A stretch of 64,000 bases of DNA from Treponemataceae bacterium (GCA_963678065.2 CAXXVZ010000003.1:576001-640000), one strand, 5' to 3'; shown: positions 18,148 to 28,666, counted from the first letter of the stretch. Program-made: numbers and translations. The notes: generated by a model not told the origin, from the letters alone.

Positions 18148-20247
18148 ATGTCCGACTACTTCGAAAACGACGAAATAACCAAGGGCTACGATTCGCGCAT
18201 CGCGGCGAGGATCTTCGGCTACCTCAAACCCTACAGACTTCTGGCTCTTCTCTGCCTCGTGGCTCTCGCTCTCAGCACGGCCGGCGAGCTCATCATCCCC
18301 ATCATCGTGCGGCGTGCCGTGGACCAATCGCTCATGGTCTCCTGGTTCGAGGTCGACCAATCCATCGAGACGATGCCCGAAGCGCGTCTACTGAAACTGA
18401 ATCCCTCCGACCCGCGACTCGCGGGGAAGATCTATCTCAGGGCTTCACGATTCACCTCGATTCCAGGCGCGCGGAGGACAGAGCTCGAACAGGCCGGGCT
18501 CTATTCGACGAAAGAGTACTACATTCTTGCCGTGGACAAAGCGGATGCCGGGCAGGCAGGCGCCCTTGCCGCTCTCGGCCCTTCCGTCATCTCCGACGGA
18601 ATATACGCGGCTCTGCCTGTAAGTGAGCTGCGCTCCCTGCCCGGGACACAGGCGAAGGCCCTGCGCAAGGCCGATACCGCGCGCATAGCTTCATACATCG
18701 TTTTCCTCCTGGCCTCCCTCGTCGTCGTCCTTGCGGGAACCTTCGTGATGATCTACCTCGCGAGTCTCGTCGCGCTCAGGGTCATGAAGGACCTGCGCAT
18801 CCAGCTCTTCCGCCACACAGCGACACGATCTCTCGATTTTCTCTCCAGGCAACCAGTGGGAAGGCTCGTCACGCGGCTTACGAGCGACGTGGAGACTATC
18901 AACCAGTTCTTCACCGACGTCCTCATCGCTTTCATCAAGGACGCCTCGGTGATGGTGGGCTCGCTCGCCGTGCTTTTCGTGCTCGATTACCGCCTCGCCC
19001 TGGTCGTGACCATATGCCTGCCGCCCGTCCTCATCGGATCGACGATCTCGCGCCGCAAGGCCCGCGATGCCTTCCGCAGACAGAGGCAGTGGACGAGCAA
19101 GGTCAATTCCTTCATCTCGGAGCGACTTTCGGGGGTCAATGTCGTCAAACTCTTCGTGCGCGAGGCCCGTTCGAGGCAGGAGTTCGAGTCCCGCGACCGC
19201 GAACTCATGAAGGCCAACCTGGGGGAGATGTATGTATTCGCGACCTTCCGTCCCCTCGTCGACTTTCTTGGAACTATGACGACGGCGGTCGTGATCTGCG
19301 CAGGCTCCCTCCTTTTCAGGACACACACGCTATCCCTCGGCACAATCATAGCCTTCGTCAACCTCGTTTCGATGTTCTACTCGCCGATCAAGGATCTCGC
19401 GGAAAAATATACACTCCTCCAGAGCGCCATGGCTGGCGGGGAGAGGATCTTCCAGCTCCTGGACCACACAGAGGCCATCGAAGACAGACCCGTGGCTCCG
19501 ATGCCCGCGGTAGTCAGAGGGCACATCGAGTTCAGAAAGGTCTGGTTCGCGTACAAAGGCGATGACTGGGTGCTGAAGGATCTCTCGTTCGCCATCGAAC
19601 CCGGGAAAATGGTGGCCATCGTGGGCTACACCGGGGCAGGGAAAACGACGATAGCCAACCTCGTGCCCCGCTTCTGGGACATACAGAAGGGCGAGATTCT
19701 CGTGGACGGCATTCCCGTCCGCGACCTTCCGCTCGGGGAACTGCGCAGAGCCATCCAGCCAGTGCCGCAGGACGTTTTCCTCTTTTCGGGGACCATCGAG
19801 GACAACATCAAGCTCGGAAGTCCCATCGACGATGAGAGGATGAAGGCTGCGGCCCAGGCCGTGGCCGCGGATGAGTTTATCGAGACACTGCCGGGGAAAT
19901 ACCGGACGATGCTCGCCGAGGGGGCGTCGAACCTCTCCCAGGGGCAGCGCCAGATCCTCTCTTTCGCCCGGGTCCTCGCCCACAATCCCTCGGTCATCAT
20001 CCTGGACGAGGCGACGAGCTCGGTGGATACAGAAACGGAGCGGCTGATTCAAAGGGGGCTCGAAGGCCTGCTCGCCGGGAAAACGAGCCTCGTCATAGCG
20101 CACCGGCTCTCGACGATCCGTCACGCGGACACCATCCTCGTGCTCTCTCGCGGGAGAATAGCCGAATCCGGCACGCACGACGAACTCATCGCCCGACGCG
20201 GCCTGTACTGGAACCTCTACAGGCTTCAGTACGGAGGGGAGTGCTGA
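18148..20247 (+). CDS. ABC exporter, fused TMD/NBD (MdlB/YheH-like subunit)
   Basis: GRLVTRLTSDV, GYTGAGKTT, LSQGQRQ, LDEATSSVD and IAHRLSTI motifs; long loop after TM1. Confidence 0.9.
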   Translation: MSDYFENDEITKGYDSRIAARIFGYLKPYRLLALLCLVALALSTAGELIIPIIVRRAVDQSLMVSWFEVDQSIETMPEARLLKLNPSDPRLAGKIYLRASRFTSIPGARRTELEQAGLYSTKEYYILAVDKADAGQAGALAALGPSVISDGIYAALPVSELRSLPGTQAKALRKADTARIASYIVFLLASLVVVLAGTFVMIYLASLVALRVMKDLRIQLFRHTATRSLDFLSRQPVGRLVTRLTSDVETINQFFTDVLIAFIKDASVMVGSLAVLFVLDYRLALVVTICLPPVLIGSTISRRKARDAFRRQRQWTSKVNSFISERLSGVNVVKLFVREARSRQEFESRDRELMKANLGEMYVFATFRPLVDFLGTMTTAVVICAGSLLFRTHTLSLGTIIAFVNLVSMFYSPIKDLAEKYTLLQSAMAGGERIFQLLDHTEAIEDRPVAPMPAVVRGHIEFRKVWFAYKGDDWVLKDLSFAIEPGKMVAIVGYTGAGKTTIANLVPRFWDIQKGEILVDGIPVRDLPLGELRRAIQPVPQDVFLFSGTIEDNIKLGSPIDDERMKAAAQAVAADEFIETLPGKYRTMLAEGASNLSQGQRQILSFARVLAHNPSVIILDEATSSVDTETERLIQRGLEGLLAGKTSLVIAHRLSTIRHADTILVLSRGRIAESGTHDELIARRGLYWNLYRLQYGGEC

Positions 20248-21263
20248 TGGCAGGGACCGCAGCGTCTCATGGCCATGGCCGGAAAACACAGAGTGAATCC
20301 TGCCCGCTGCCGATGGAGTCCCGCGGGCTGCCTGTCCCGGGCTCATCCACGGAACAGGCAGCCTGGTTCATTGCCGGCTTCCCTTCCGGGCAGGATGCAC
20401 CGCGCCTGATCTTCGAATGTGCCGATTTTCTCGTCGTCCGGAAACCCGCGGGAATGCCCTGCCTGCCCCTCTCAGGGAGAGGTGACAGCCGGGCTGATCG
20501 GTGGTCCATAGAGGGAGCGGTGGCTGGGACCTTAGCCACCGCTGCCCTGGACTCCGTCCGGGACGATGCCCTCCCGACCTCCGGGCAGACGAGCCTGGCA
20601 CAGTGGCTCTGCACAGGATTCCCCGGACTCGCCACCATCCGGATGCCTAGTGGCACAAAGGGACGCGGTTCGGATTTCGGTCTCGTCCACCGCCTTGATT
20701 CCGGCACCTCGGGACTCGTTCTCGTCGCCCGCAATGTTGAAACTCTGTCCGGCTTCCTTGCCTTACAGGAAAAAGATCTCATCCTCAAGGAATACCGCTT
20801 CCTCGCCACCTACTCCGCCGATGGTTTGGTAGGGTCTAAACCAGTCCGCTTCCTGCTGCCGGGCATCTGGCCTCCTTCCGGGCCGATGGCCTACTCGTCG
20901 TCCTGGCCGATAGCCGTCAGTTCGCGCTTCAGGCCGTATGGACCGGGGCGCGCGCGGGTGGCCTGCCTCGCATCCGGAGAACAGGTTCCAGGAACAAAGG
21001 ATCCTACGCGCGAGTCCTATACGACGCTCTTCCTGTCCTGTTCGGAATATGGGAGCTGGCTAAAGACCCCTGTGCTTGACTGCCGAGCGCGCATAACCAA
21101 GGGCTTCCGGCACCAGATCCGGGCGCACGCGGCCTGGATCGGACTTCCCCTCCTCGGCGACAGATCCTACGGTGGCCTTCCGGCCGGCCGACTCTGCCTC
21201 CATGCCCGGAAGATATCGTTCCCCGGTCCCGATGGCTGCATGCTCACATTCGAGGATGATTGA
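20247..21263 (+). CDS. RluA-family RNA pseudouridine synthase
   Basis: VVRKPAG, catalytic VHRLDSGTSG and GFRHQIRAH..GLPLLGD..YG..LCLHA motifs. Confidence 0.88.
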   Translation: MAGTAASHGHGRKTQSESCPLPMESRGLPVPGSSTEQAAWFIAGFPSGQDAPRLIFECADFLVVRKPAGMPCLPLSGRGDSRADRWSIEGAVAGTLATAALDSVRDDALPTSGQTSLAQWLCTGFPGLATIRMPSGTKGRGSDFGLVHRLDSGTSGLVLVARNVETLSGFLALQEKDLILKEYRFLATYSADGLVGSKPVRFLLPGIWPPSGPMAYSSSWPIAVSSRFRPYGPGRARVACLASGEQVPGTKDPTRESYTTLFLSCSEYGSWLKTPVLDCRARITKGFRHQIRAHAAWIGLPLLGDRSYGGLPAGRLCLHARKISFPGPDGCMLTFEDD

Positions 21264-21317
21264 GGTGGTCCCTGTCTATAGTACTTCTTCAGTTACGCAA
21301 CAAGTCTTTTGATTCGC

Positions 21318-21388
21318 ATGCGGGTCCATACCCCGAAGCTCTGCTTCGCTCTTTTTTCCGGCCGGGACTTTCGGGTATGGACCCGCAT
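21318..21388. repeat. 16-bp perfect inverted repeat at the core/accessory junction
   Basis: ATGCGGGTCCATACCC (21318-21333) and GGGTATGGACCCGCAT (21373-21388). Confidence 0.8.
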
Positions 21389-21449
21389 ACAATCCAATTC
21401 CTTGCAGAACGAACGATACCTCGCAGCTCTGCTGCGGGGTTCGTTCATT

Positions 21450-22118
21450 TCATTCGTCCGTCAACTGCTGCCCTGTTGCCGAGAGAATCTCCGCCATACC
21501 GTACCTGATATGCTCGCGTATCAACCGCTCGGCGTCATCCTCTTCATTATTCTGGAGCGCATTGATGATCTTCTCGTGCATATCGCTGTAAACACTCGCG
21601 ATTTCGAGGAATCGCGGACTTCTCTGCGCGATGCTGATCAGATTGAAATTTGTTTTATTCATTAGTTCGAGAAGCTTCGCGTTATTGGAATGTTCGATGA
21701 GTGTAGTGTGGAAACTATAGTCTTCCTGGGTACAGGCGGTTTCGTCGCTGCGATTCGCGGCGTCCCTGAAACGCTGGTTGATATCCTGTAATTTCCTTAT
21801 TGCCAAAGAATCTTTGCGCCGGCAAACAAGACGGACAGCCAAGGCTTCCAGCATTTCACGGATCTGGAATACTTCCTCGATATCTTTCGTCGAGATTTTT
21901 CGAACGAAAGTTCCCTTGCGCTTTACGGTCACAAGGTAGCCGTCGTTCTCGAGTCGAGTAAAAGCTTCTTTTATCGGAGTCTGGCTCACACCGAGTTCTT
22001 CCACAAGGCGATTGTAGAGAAGGCGCTCGCCCGGCTTGATTTTGCCCCAAATGATGAGGTTCTTTATCGCGTTGTATGTTTCTTCTCCCAAAGTGGGATG
22101 CTGTATACCCTTCGCCAT
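21450..22118 (-). CDS. GntR-family (FCD) transcriptional regulator
   Basis: IKPGERL...ELGVSQTPIKEAFTRLENDG...KGTFV HTH and D..FH FCD motif; likely start ATG 22118. Confidence 0.92.
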   Translation of the reverse strand: MAKGIQHPTLGEETYNAIKNLIIWGKIKPGERLLYNRLVEELGVSQTPIKEAFTRLENDGYLVTVKRKGTFVRKISTKDIEEVFQIREMLEALAVRLVCRRKDSLAIRKLQDINQRFRDAANRSDETACTQEDYSFHTTLIEHSNNAKLLELMNKTNFNLISIAQRSPRFLEIASVYSDMHEKIINALQNNEEDDAERLIREHIRYGMAEILSATGQQLTDE

Positions 22119-22388
22119 AGCGCAAAACCTCTCGCCTCTAGTGTGCCTACCGGAAAGTATCATCTCAAACATTTCTATCTACGTACGTAGAATAATGTCG
22201 GATTGCCGCAAGTGCATAGTAGTGAATTTATATACACGGATCTGTTCAGTCAGAGTCTGGATATCTTCATAAAACTCTCGAAACCGGATCGGAAAATCCA
22301 GGGCATTGTGGTGTCTCCTGCAGTTCAGCCCAACGCAACAGGTTAGTTCCAGCCAGCTTGAAACTGACCCGCACTTGCTGGACGCTTG

Positions 22389-23432
22389 TCATAAATGGCT
22401 TTCGCGGAAATCCCGGCCAAGATCGCGTGCTTCGCCTACTGTGGGCGTGTGCGTCCAGAGGAGCGTCCCGTTCGTTCCGAAATATTCTACGAGATACCGT
22501 GAATAGGCTTGTAAATCGACGTTTGAACCGAAAGGGAAATCCCAATCGAAGTAGCGCAGGCACAAAGCCGTGTGGCCGCACGCGATCCGTTTGATAAGGG
22601 ATAAATCGTTCTGCGGGGCGACGATGTCGATCCCCACCAAGCCTTCCGTCTCCATCATGGCGGGGAGTGCGTTCCCGACATCGCCGCACGAATGTACCAC
22701 GATTCCGCCGAACTCGCGCGAAAGCAGGTTGTTGTACTGTACTCCGAATTCCCGATAGAGCTCGGGGGAAAGGACAGCGGCGACATCGTCGCTCACCCTG
22801 ATAGCCAAGTCGGGGGGGATGTAGACTGACTCATGGGTAAATGCGAATAGATTATCGATTTTCTCGCGCTCGATCTTGAGGAAATCGATTGTTGCCGCCG
22901 TGACCCGCTCGAGAAGGCGATGAACTTTGTCCGGCGAGAGCATCATGCCCGTGAGAAAGGATCCATACTCCCAAATCAGAGATGCACTGAGGAGCGGCGA
23001 TGGTATGTTGACGCAACGAGTGGAGACGCTCTTTTGCGAGCTAAAGAGTTTGATGCGTTCGAGGGCCAGGGGGAAAAGACCCGAGCGCAGAGGGTCTGGA
23101 GCTTTCAGCGATTCGAGTGCGTCGGCGCCGTCGTCGGTGATCAGGGGTTTGACCCATGGGTCGGCGTTCTCATCCAGCACATACGGGCATCCGAACGCGA
23201 TCGCCATGACGCCGATCCCGATATTCGGCTTGAAGCTTGGAACACTATAATCTTCGACTTCCAGCGAAGCCTCAAGCGCGCTCTTTTGCCGAGCCAGATC
23301 AAAGCCTGGATCGCTCAGCGCGGATCGTGTCGCCTTGAGATTCTCTCCCGCCTCGATGAAAAACGGAACCTCACTCCCGTTCTCGCGGCGCCAGGCTGCC
23401 CGGATGATTGCTTTTTTTTCGTCGTCGTTCAT
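22389..23432 (-). CDS. URO-D / MtaA-CmuA methyltransferase-like TIM-barrel protein
   Basis: AFGC..PW, SPLLSA, DDVAAVLSPELYREF and HSCG (HxC metal motif). Confidence 0.75.
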   Translation of the reverse strand: MNDDEKKAIIRAAWRRENGSEVPFFIEAGENLKATRSALSDPGFDLARQKSALEASLEVEDYSVPSFKPNIGIGVMAIAFGCPYVLDENADPWVKPLITDDGADALESLKAPDPLRSGLFPLALERIKLFSSQKSVSTRCVNIPSPLLSASLIWEYGSFLTGMMLSPDKVHRLLERVTAATIDFLKIEREKIDNLFAFTHESVYIPPDLAIRVSDDVAAVLSPELYREFGVQYNNLLSREFGGIVVHSCGDVGNALPAMMETEGLVGIDIVAPQNDLSLIKRIACGHTALCLRYFDWDFPFGSNVDLQAYSRYLVEYFGTNGTLLWTHTPTVGEARDLGRDFRESHL

Positions 23433-23459
23433 AGAATGACTGTCTTTTCTGCCACTGTG

Positions 23460-24293
23460 CTATTCGGAAAATCCGAACATGCGGGCAACGTTGCCGCCCA
23501 TGACGCCGCTGCGCACGGTCTCAGGCAACTGCAGGTCATCGAAAAGACGATGGTACTGCTCCATGCTGTAGCCCATTTCCCGCACAGGCACATCGGTACC
23601 GAAACAAATTCGGTCGAAGGGATTGCTGAGCGTATAGTGCGTGTCCTTGTCCCTCGCCAGCCTGGCCATTCGTTCTGGAGTCCACCAGAGTACTTCGTTG
23701 AACCAATCCGCGTTTTTCCGCGCCAACAGTGTCCCGGAAAGATCGAAATAGACATTGGGATTCCAGAACAGCGTCATCGCAGCTTCTTCGTACCATGGGT
23801 TCCCCAAGTGAGCGCCGATGATCTTCAGAGTGGGGAACCTGCGCGCGATGCGATCGAGAAAAATGGGTCTCAGCCTGCTGGAGTCGATATCGTAATACTG
23901 GTCTTCTTCAGCGCGCATCACGGTGCCTGTGTGGAAAAGCATGACCATATTGCGGGCGCAAGCCCTCGCGTAGTACTCCATGAGCCGGTCATCGTTGTAG
24001 TTGTATCTGGTCCTGGTGACCTTGAGGCCGCGACAGCCCATCATGGCCAGTTCATCCACCATCGTGACGGGGTCGACTCCCAAGTCGATATAGCCGAAGG
24101 GGATGATCCTGTCAGGGTATCGGGCGTAGGCGGCCATCAGCTGCGAATTGGTTGCGGCCCTGCTGCCCCAAATCGGAATGCTCTGCATGGCGAGCAGGCA
24201 GACTTTGTCGATGCCCAAGCGGTCCATTTCCGCGACGATCTTGTCGACGTGATCCGGTTCACTCAACAGATGCACATGACAGTCTATTACCAC
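23460..24293 (-). CDS. Amidohydrolase_2 family metal-dependent hydrolase
   Basis: IDCHVH, FHTG, FPTLKIIGAHLG, NVYFDLSG and FGTD motifs. Confidence 0.88.
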   Translation of the reverse strand: MVIDCHVHLLSEPDHVDKIVAEMDRLGIDKVCLLAMQSIPIWGSRAATNSQLMAAYARYPDRIIPFGYIDLGVDPVTMVDELAMMGCRGLKVTRTRYNYNDDRLMEYYARACARNMVMLFHTGTVMRAEEDQYYDIDSSRLRPIFLDRIARRFPTLKIIGAHLGNPWYEEAAMTLFWNPNVYFDLSGTLLARKNADWFNEVLWWTPERMARLARDKDTHYTLSNPFDRICFGTDVPVREMGYSMEQYHRLFDDLQLPETVRSGVMGGNVARMFGFSE

Positions 24294-24305
24294 GACAGTC
24301 TCCTT

Positions 24306-25589
24306 CTATTTCGGCGCGGAATTCCGCGTCGAGGGTATCATGCTGCAAGCATTCTTCAGAACGGCGATCTCTGCGCCGGGGCCGAGCCTGGCGCGAGCTT
24401 CATCGATGGCTTCGGACACGGTGAAAGATGATCGCAACCCCACACGTTTCAGAAGGTCGCGATCAAGACCGGGGGAGACAATCAAAAGCTCCCCCCGCTC
24501 CAGAATGCGCCCCAACGCAGCGAGGTGGCAGGCGATGGTGAGGTTCTCGAAACTGCCCTCGTTGACTCTACGGACTACCTCGGAATAGGGCAGATAGCCA
24601 GTCTTCATGATCTGCCGACCATGCGCGCCGAGTCCTTCCGGGCAGGGCGTTGCGAGGATGATTGTGCCGCCGGGCCGCACGACCAATTCGGCGACCGATA
24701 TCCCCTTGCACGCTTGCCACAGGTCGATATCGAAAGGGTAGGAATCTACCACTACGATATCCGCGCTCTGTACGGTCACTGAAGCCATCCGGCGGACTTC
24801 TTTGCACCCCTCCATGAATGCGGCCCATGGATCGCCTGCGAAAAAGCGATAGGGTCTGCCGTCTGTGCCGAGCACGACATTGAGGATGAAGCGCAAACCC
24901 GCTTTTTCGCCTATCGCATGCATCTCGCGCCTGATGGGATTATCCGCGATCCCGTAGAGTGCCTTTCCCTCACTGCTCCAGCCCCTCCAGTGCACTGAAG
25001 CGGTGATCTGTTCGCCGCAAATTCCCGGCTGTACCATTTTCGAACTTCCGGAAAAACCGGCGACACGATGAGGTTCAATGCAGCCGACGGCGATAATGAA
25101 GTCGTGTTCCCGCACCATCCTGTTCACGAGAACCGGCGTCCCATCCTCGGCCGCGCCCAGGGAAACCAGATTTTCCCTGTCGCAGGCGTTGTGGTTCACG
25201 ATCTTGACGCGGTTCACCGCAGCCTCTCCGAATCGATCCCGGATCTCTCTCGTATCCATCCCGCGATGCAGGCCGGTAGCGATCACTACGCAGATATCCT
25301 CTGACCTGATTCCTGACTCCCCGAGCGCGGAAAGCAGAGCTGGCAGTATGCGTCGCTGAGGCGTTGGGCGCGTCATATCGTCGACGAGAATAAGGACTTT
25401 TTTCGCCGATGAGTCGCGCAACATCGTAGCCAATGGAGGACAGCCCGCAGGCTTTTCCAGACAGTCCCGGACAGCTTCCTCCAGCGATTGGGATACGAGA
25501 GAAGTATGCTCTCCAGGCTCATATACGGTGCAGTTTGGCAGGGACTCTGTATCGAGCGCCTCAACCCACGGATAGGGAAAACGGTACAT
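24306..25589 (-). CDS. LarA-family nickel-pincer-nucleotide-dependent racemase/epimerase
   Basis: ILVDDMTRPTP, ATGLHR, EPHRVAGFSGSSK and VRPGGTIILATPCPEGLG motifs. Confidence 0.88.
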   Translation of the reverse strand: MYRFPYPWVEALDTESLPNCTVYEPGEHTSLVSQSLEEAVRDCLEKPAGCPPLATMLRDSSAKKVLILVDDMTRPTPQRRILPALLSALGESGIRSEDICVVIATGLHRGMDTREIRDRFGEAAVNRVKIVNHNACDRENLVSLGAAEDGTPVLVNRMVREHDFIIAVGCIEPHRVAGFSGSSKMVQPGICGEQITASVHWRGWSSEGKALYGIADNPIRREMHAIGEKAGLRFILNVVLGTDGRPYRFFAGDPWAAFMEGCKEVRRMASVTVQSADIVVVDSYPFDIDLWQACKGISVAELVVRPGGTIILATPCPEGLGAHGRQIMKTGYLPYSEVVRRVNEGSFENLTIACHLAALGRILERGELLIVSPGLDRDLLKRVGLRSSFTVSEAIDEARARLGPGAEIAVLKNACSMIPSTRNSAPK

Positions 25590-26914
25590 CAGAACCCTTC
25601 CCGCACCATCTGGCGGAAGATATCCTCTATTTTACCGAGAGCCACATCGAGAATCTCCTTGCTGTGCGCCGAAGTGATGCCGGAGTGCATGGGAGTCAAG
25701 CCGTCGCCATAGTCATGGAAGTACATGCCACTGCCTGTAGCGAGCTCGACGAATCTCCGAGCGGATTTTGGCCGGTAGAAACTGGCCGCTTCGCGGTAGT
25801 CATACGTCGCGTGATCCAAACCGAAAAAGAGTCCAAAGCGTGCCCCAAGACCAAGGAGGATCCCCTTGAGGCCAGTACTGGAGAAGAGCACGTTCACTCT
25901 TTCGTAGAAATAGTTGGCATTGAAGTTCAATCGCTCATAGAAACCAGGCTGATCCAGTACTTTCAAACCGGCGAGCCCTGCCATGACTCCCATAAGAGGG
26001 CCGGTATAGGTGCCGCTCATCACAACCGGTCCTATAGGGTTCAGGTGGCTCATCACTTCGTCCGATCCGGCCAAAGCGGCGATACCCATCCCGTTGCCCA
26101 GTACCTTGCCCAAGGTTGTCAGGTCAGGGGTTACGCCGTAATGCCCCTGAGCCGAACCGCGGCCCATGCGGAATCCTGACAGAACCTCGTCAAAGATAAG
26201 TACGATATTCTCTTTCTTCGTGATTTCACGCACCATCTGGAGGTAGGAAGGTCGCGGTTCAATGCAGCCTGCGTTGTACATGATCGGTTCCATGATGACA
26301 GCCGCGATTTCCCCCCGGTGGGCTTTGACAGTTCTTTCAAAAATTTCAATGTCGTTGAAAGGAATGACGATAAGAAGGTCATCCAGCTCAGGAACCATGC
26401 CTGCGGTGTCCCGTATTTTCTGTATCTCTCCGGACGATTCCACCGCTCCCAGTCTGTTGTGCCAGTTGTAAAATACAAATTCATGCATGCCATGGAAGTG
26501 GCCTTCAAACTTGATCACCTTGCGCCGGCCTGAATATTCGCGCGCCAGCCGCAGGGCCGCGAGGGTTGCCTCGGTTCCGGAATTGGCGAGTCGGACCTTC
26601 TGGGCGCAGGGAAGCATTGTGGATACCTGTTCGGCGAGTTCGGCGTGATAGGGTGATTCAAAATTGATGAAATATCCGAGCTCCAGACTTTTCTGCAGAG
26701 CCTCACGCATTGATGGATGATTGAACCCGAGGAGGGTAGCGCCGCTGCACGAGTGAAAATCGACCCACTCCCTGCCATCGACATCCTTCATGATGCAGCC
26801 GTCTGCCGACTCGAGGATGAGCGGTTTCTGAAGCACACGATGGTATCTGCCGCCTGCGGAGACGCCCCCAACCATGTAATTTTTTGCTTTCTGGAAAATG
26901 TCATCTGATCTCAT
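25589..26914 (-). CDS. Class III PLP aminotransferase, glutamate-1-semialdehyde aminomutase (HemL)-like
   Basis: NSGTEATLAALRLAR, KFEGHFHG, FDEVLSGFR, TTLGKVLG and SGTY motifs. Confidence 0.88.
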   Translation of the reverse strand: MRSDDIFQKAKNYMVGGVSAGGRYHRVLQKPLILESADGCIMKDVDGREWVDFHSCSGATLLGFNHPSMREALQKSLELGYFINFESPYHAELAEQVSTMLPCAQKVRLANSGTEATLAALRLAREYSGRRKVIKFEGHFHGMHEFVFYNWHNRLGAVESSGEIQKIRDTAGMVPELDDLLIVIPFNDIEIFERTVKAHRGEIAAVIMEPIMYNAGCIEPRPSYLQMVREITKKENIVLIFDEVLSGFRMGRGSAQGHYGVTPDLTTLGKVLGNGMGIAALAGSDEVMSHLNPIGPVVMSGTYTGPLMGVMAGLAGLKVLDQPGFYERLNFNANYFYERVNVLFSSTGLKGILLGLGARFGLFFGLDHATYDYREAASFYRPKSARRFVELATGSGMYFHDYGDGLTPMHSGITSAHSKEILDVALGKIEDIFRQMVREGF

Positions 26915-26938
26915 GCAATACCTCGCTTTTGCGGGTGG

Positions 26939-27766
26939 CTATCCTTTGACAGCCCCTGCGGTAAGTCCTGCGATAATGTGGCGTTGTGTCAGAAAGGCTA
27001 TGAGTAGAACAGGAAGCGTGATGATGATTGATGCCGCCATGAGGGCGCCCCAGTTGATCTGGGCATAGGAGACGAAATTGAACAATGCCAGAGGCAGGGT
27101 TTTTGTATTGCCGCCGCTCAGGACCATCGAGAATACAAAATTGTTCCAGGAAAATACGAAGGAGAGCAATGAAGCAGTTATGATTCCCGGACTCGCCAGC
27201 GGAAGCACGATCTTCGTGAAGGAATCAATAGTGTAGCAGCCGTCCACACGGGCAGATTCCTCGATTTCTCTGGGCATGGCATCGAAAAACGGAACCATTA
27301 TCCAGATGATGAACGGTAGATTGATCAGAAGGTGGCTCAGCGTCAGGGCAATGTAGGTATCGATCAGTCCGATACGCGAGAAGATTATGAACCAGGGGAT
27401 CAAGAAGGTGATGCCTGGGAAAAAACGGATTACGAGGATCACCATGCCGAACTTTTTTTGCTTGTATCGCGCTATCGCGTATGAAGCCGGCAGCCCGATC
27501 AACAAGCCGATGGCAGTGGAAAGAGTGGCGACTATCAGGCTGTTGGCGATTGGTTTCAAGAAGTCATAGCCGGAGAAAACCGCCAGATAGTTTTGAAAAG
27601 TCGGCGTGAATATGAAAAGATTCTTCATCGACTGTATCTGCACCTGGGTCTTGAATGACGCGAGCAGCATCCAGATGATGGGGAACAGTACGACGAGAAG
27701 AATAAGTGCCAGAGGAACATATGTGAGGGCTGTACGCTTTATGGATCTGATCTGCTTTGTGGTCAT
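26939..27766 (-). CDS. Carbohydrate ABC transporter permease (MalG-like)
   Basis: EAA loop PREIEESARVDG; C-terminal GLTAGAVKG. Confidence 0.93.
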   Translation of the reverse strand: MTTKQIRSIKRTALTYVPLALILLVVLFPIIWMLLASFKTQVQIQSMKNLFIFTPTFQNYLAVFSGYDFLKPIANSLIVATLSTAIGLLIGLPASYAIARYKQKKFGMVILVIRFFPGITFLIPWFIIFSRIGLIDTYIALTLSHLLINLPFIIWIMVPFFDAMPREIEESARVDGCYTIDSFTKIVLPLASPGIITASLLSFVFSWNNFVFSMVLSGGNTKTLPLALFNFVSYAQINWGALMAASIIITLPVLLIAFLTQRHIIAGLTAGAVKG

Positions 27767-27775
27767 GCGTTTCCC

Positions 27776-28666
27776 CTATGCCATGTCTTGCCGTTCGAGC
27801 TTATTCTTCAGGAAAAGCACGAGTAGGCTTACCGCAGTCACTGTTATCAGGAACAGGACGATCAACGCGGCTCCCCGGCCCATCTTGAAATAGCTGAATC
27901 CGAGCACATAGCCGAGAATGTTCAGGGTTTCAGAAGATTCGCCCGGGCCGCCTTGAGTCGTTGAGTAGATGATGTCATAGGTTTTCAAAGCGTCGATGAG
28001 CCGTATAAGCACCCCGACCAGTAAGGTCGGCAACACTTGCGGAATTGTTACGCGCGTCAGTATCTGGAATCCGTTCGCCCCGTCGATGCGGGCCGAATCG
28101 TAGGGATCCTGCGGCAGGATCGCGAGTCCAGCGAGAGAAATCAGCATTATTATGGGAGTCCATTGCCAGATATCGATCAGCATCAGCGAAAAGAGGACTG
28201 TTTTCCGCGAAGTGAGCCAGAGCTGGGGAGCGATACCCAGCCCGCCGAGGAGGTGATTGGCCAATCCGATTGTCGGCTCATAAATGAGGAGCCAAACCAT
28301 TCCCACAGCTACCGGTGTCGCCACCATCGGCAACAGGAAGATCGTCTTGGTCATATTCTTGCCGTGAAACTCCCTGTTAAGGAAGAGGGCGATGGCGAAA
28401 CCGAGTGTCGCCTCGATCGCCACCGCGCCGAAGGAGAAAACGAGCGTTCTGCTCATCGCTCCCCAGAAACGCGGGTCATTGAACAGACTCGCGTAATTCT
28501 TGAAACCGACCCATTTGGGCGTAGCATATGAACCAAGGTTCCAATCGCGGAAGCTCACGACAATAGTGGAGAGAAACGGAAAGGCAACCATAAGAATGAC
28601 GAATATCACCGCGGGCAGTGTGAATAGGAGCCGGATATTTTTCTCGACCCAGTCTTTGAACGCCAT
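27776..28666 (-). CDS. Carbohydrate ABC transporter permease (MalF-like)
   Basis: WVGFKNY, WQWTP, YDSARIDGA and TQGGPG motifs. Confidence 0.93.
   Translation of the reverse strand: MAFKDWVEKNIRLLFTLPAVIFVILMVAFPFLSTIVVSFRDWNLGSYATPKWVGFKNYASLFNDPRFWGAMSRTLVFSFGAVAIEATLGFAIALFLNREFHGKNMTKTIFLLPMVATPVAVGMVWLLIYEPTIGLANHLLGGLGIAPQLWLTSRKTVLFSLMLIDIWQWTPIIMLISLAGLAILPQDPYDSARIDGANGFQILTRVTIPQVLPTLLVGVLIRLIDALKTYDIIYSTTQGGPGESSETLNILGYVLGFSYFKMGRGAALIVLFLITVTAVSLLVLFLKNKLERQDMA

Noticed and set aside
22250..22345. Minus-strand RBS plus ATG CCC TGG reminiscent of an IS481-type transposase start
   Set aside because: The frame closes after 18 codons, with no further similarity and no paired terminal repeats.
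22920..24431. 503-aa plus-strand ORF (and similar long ORFs such as 12754-13824, 38387-39532, 42660-43709)
   Set aside because: Antisense or off-frame shadows of well-supported genes, expected in GC-rich DNA; no recognisable motifs.
22389..26914. Heme/tetrapyrrole biosynthesis cluster (hemL plus hemE)
   Set aside because: No other hem genes are present, the genes lie behind a sugar-type importer, and the URO-D-like protein has the HxC motif of the methyltransferase-like branch.
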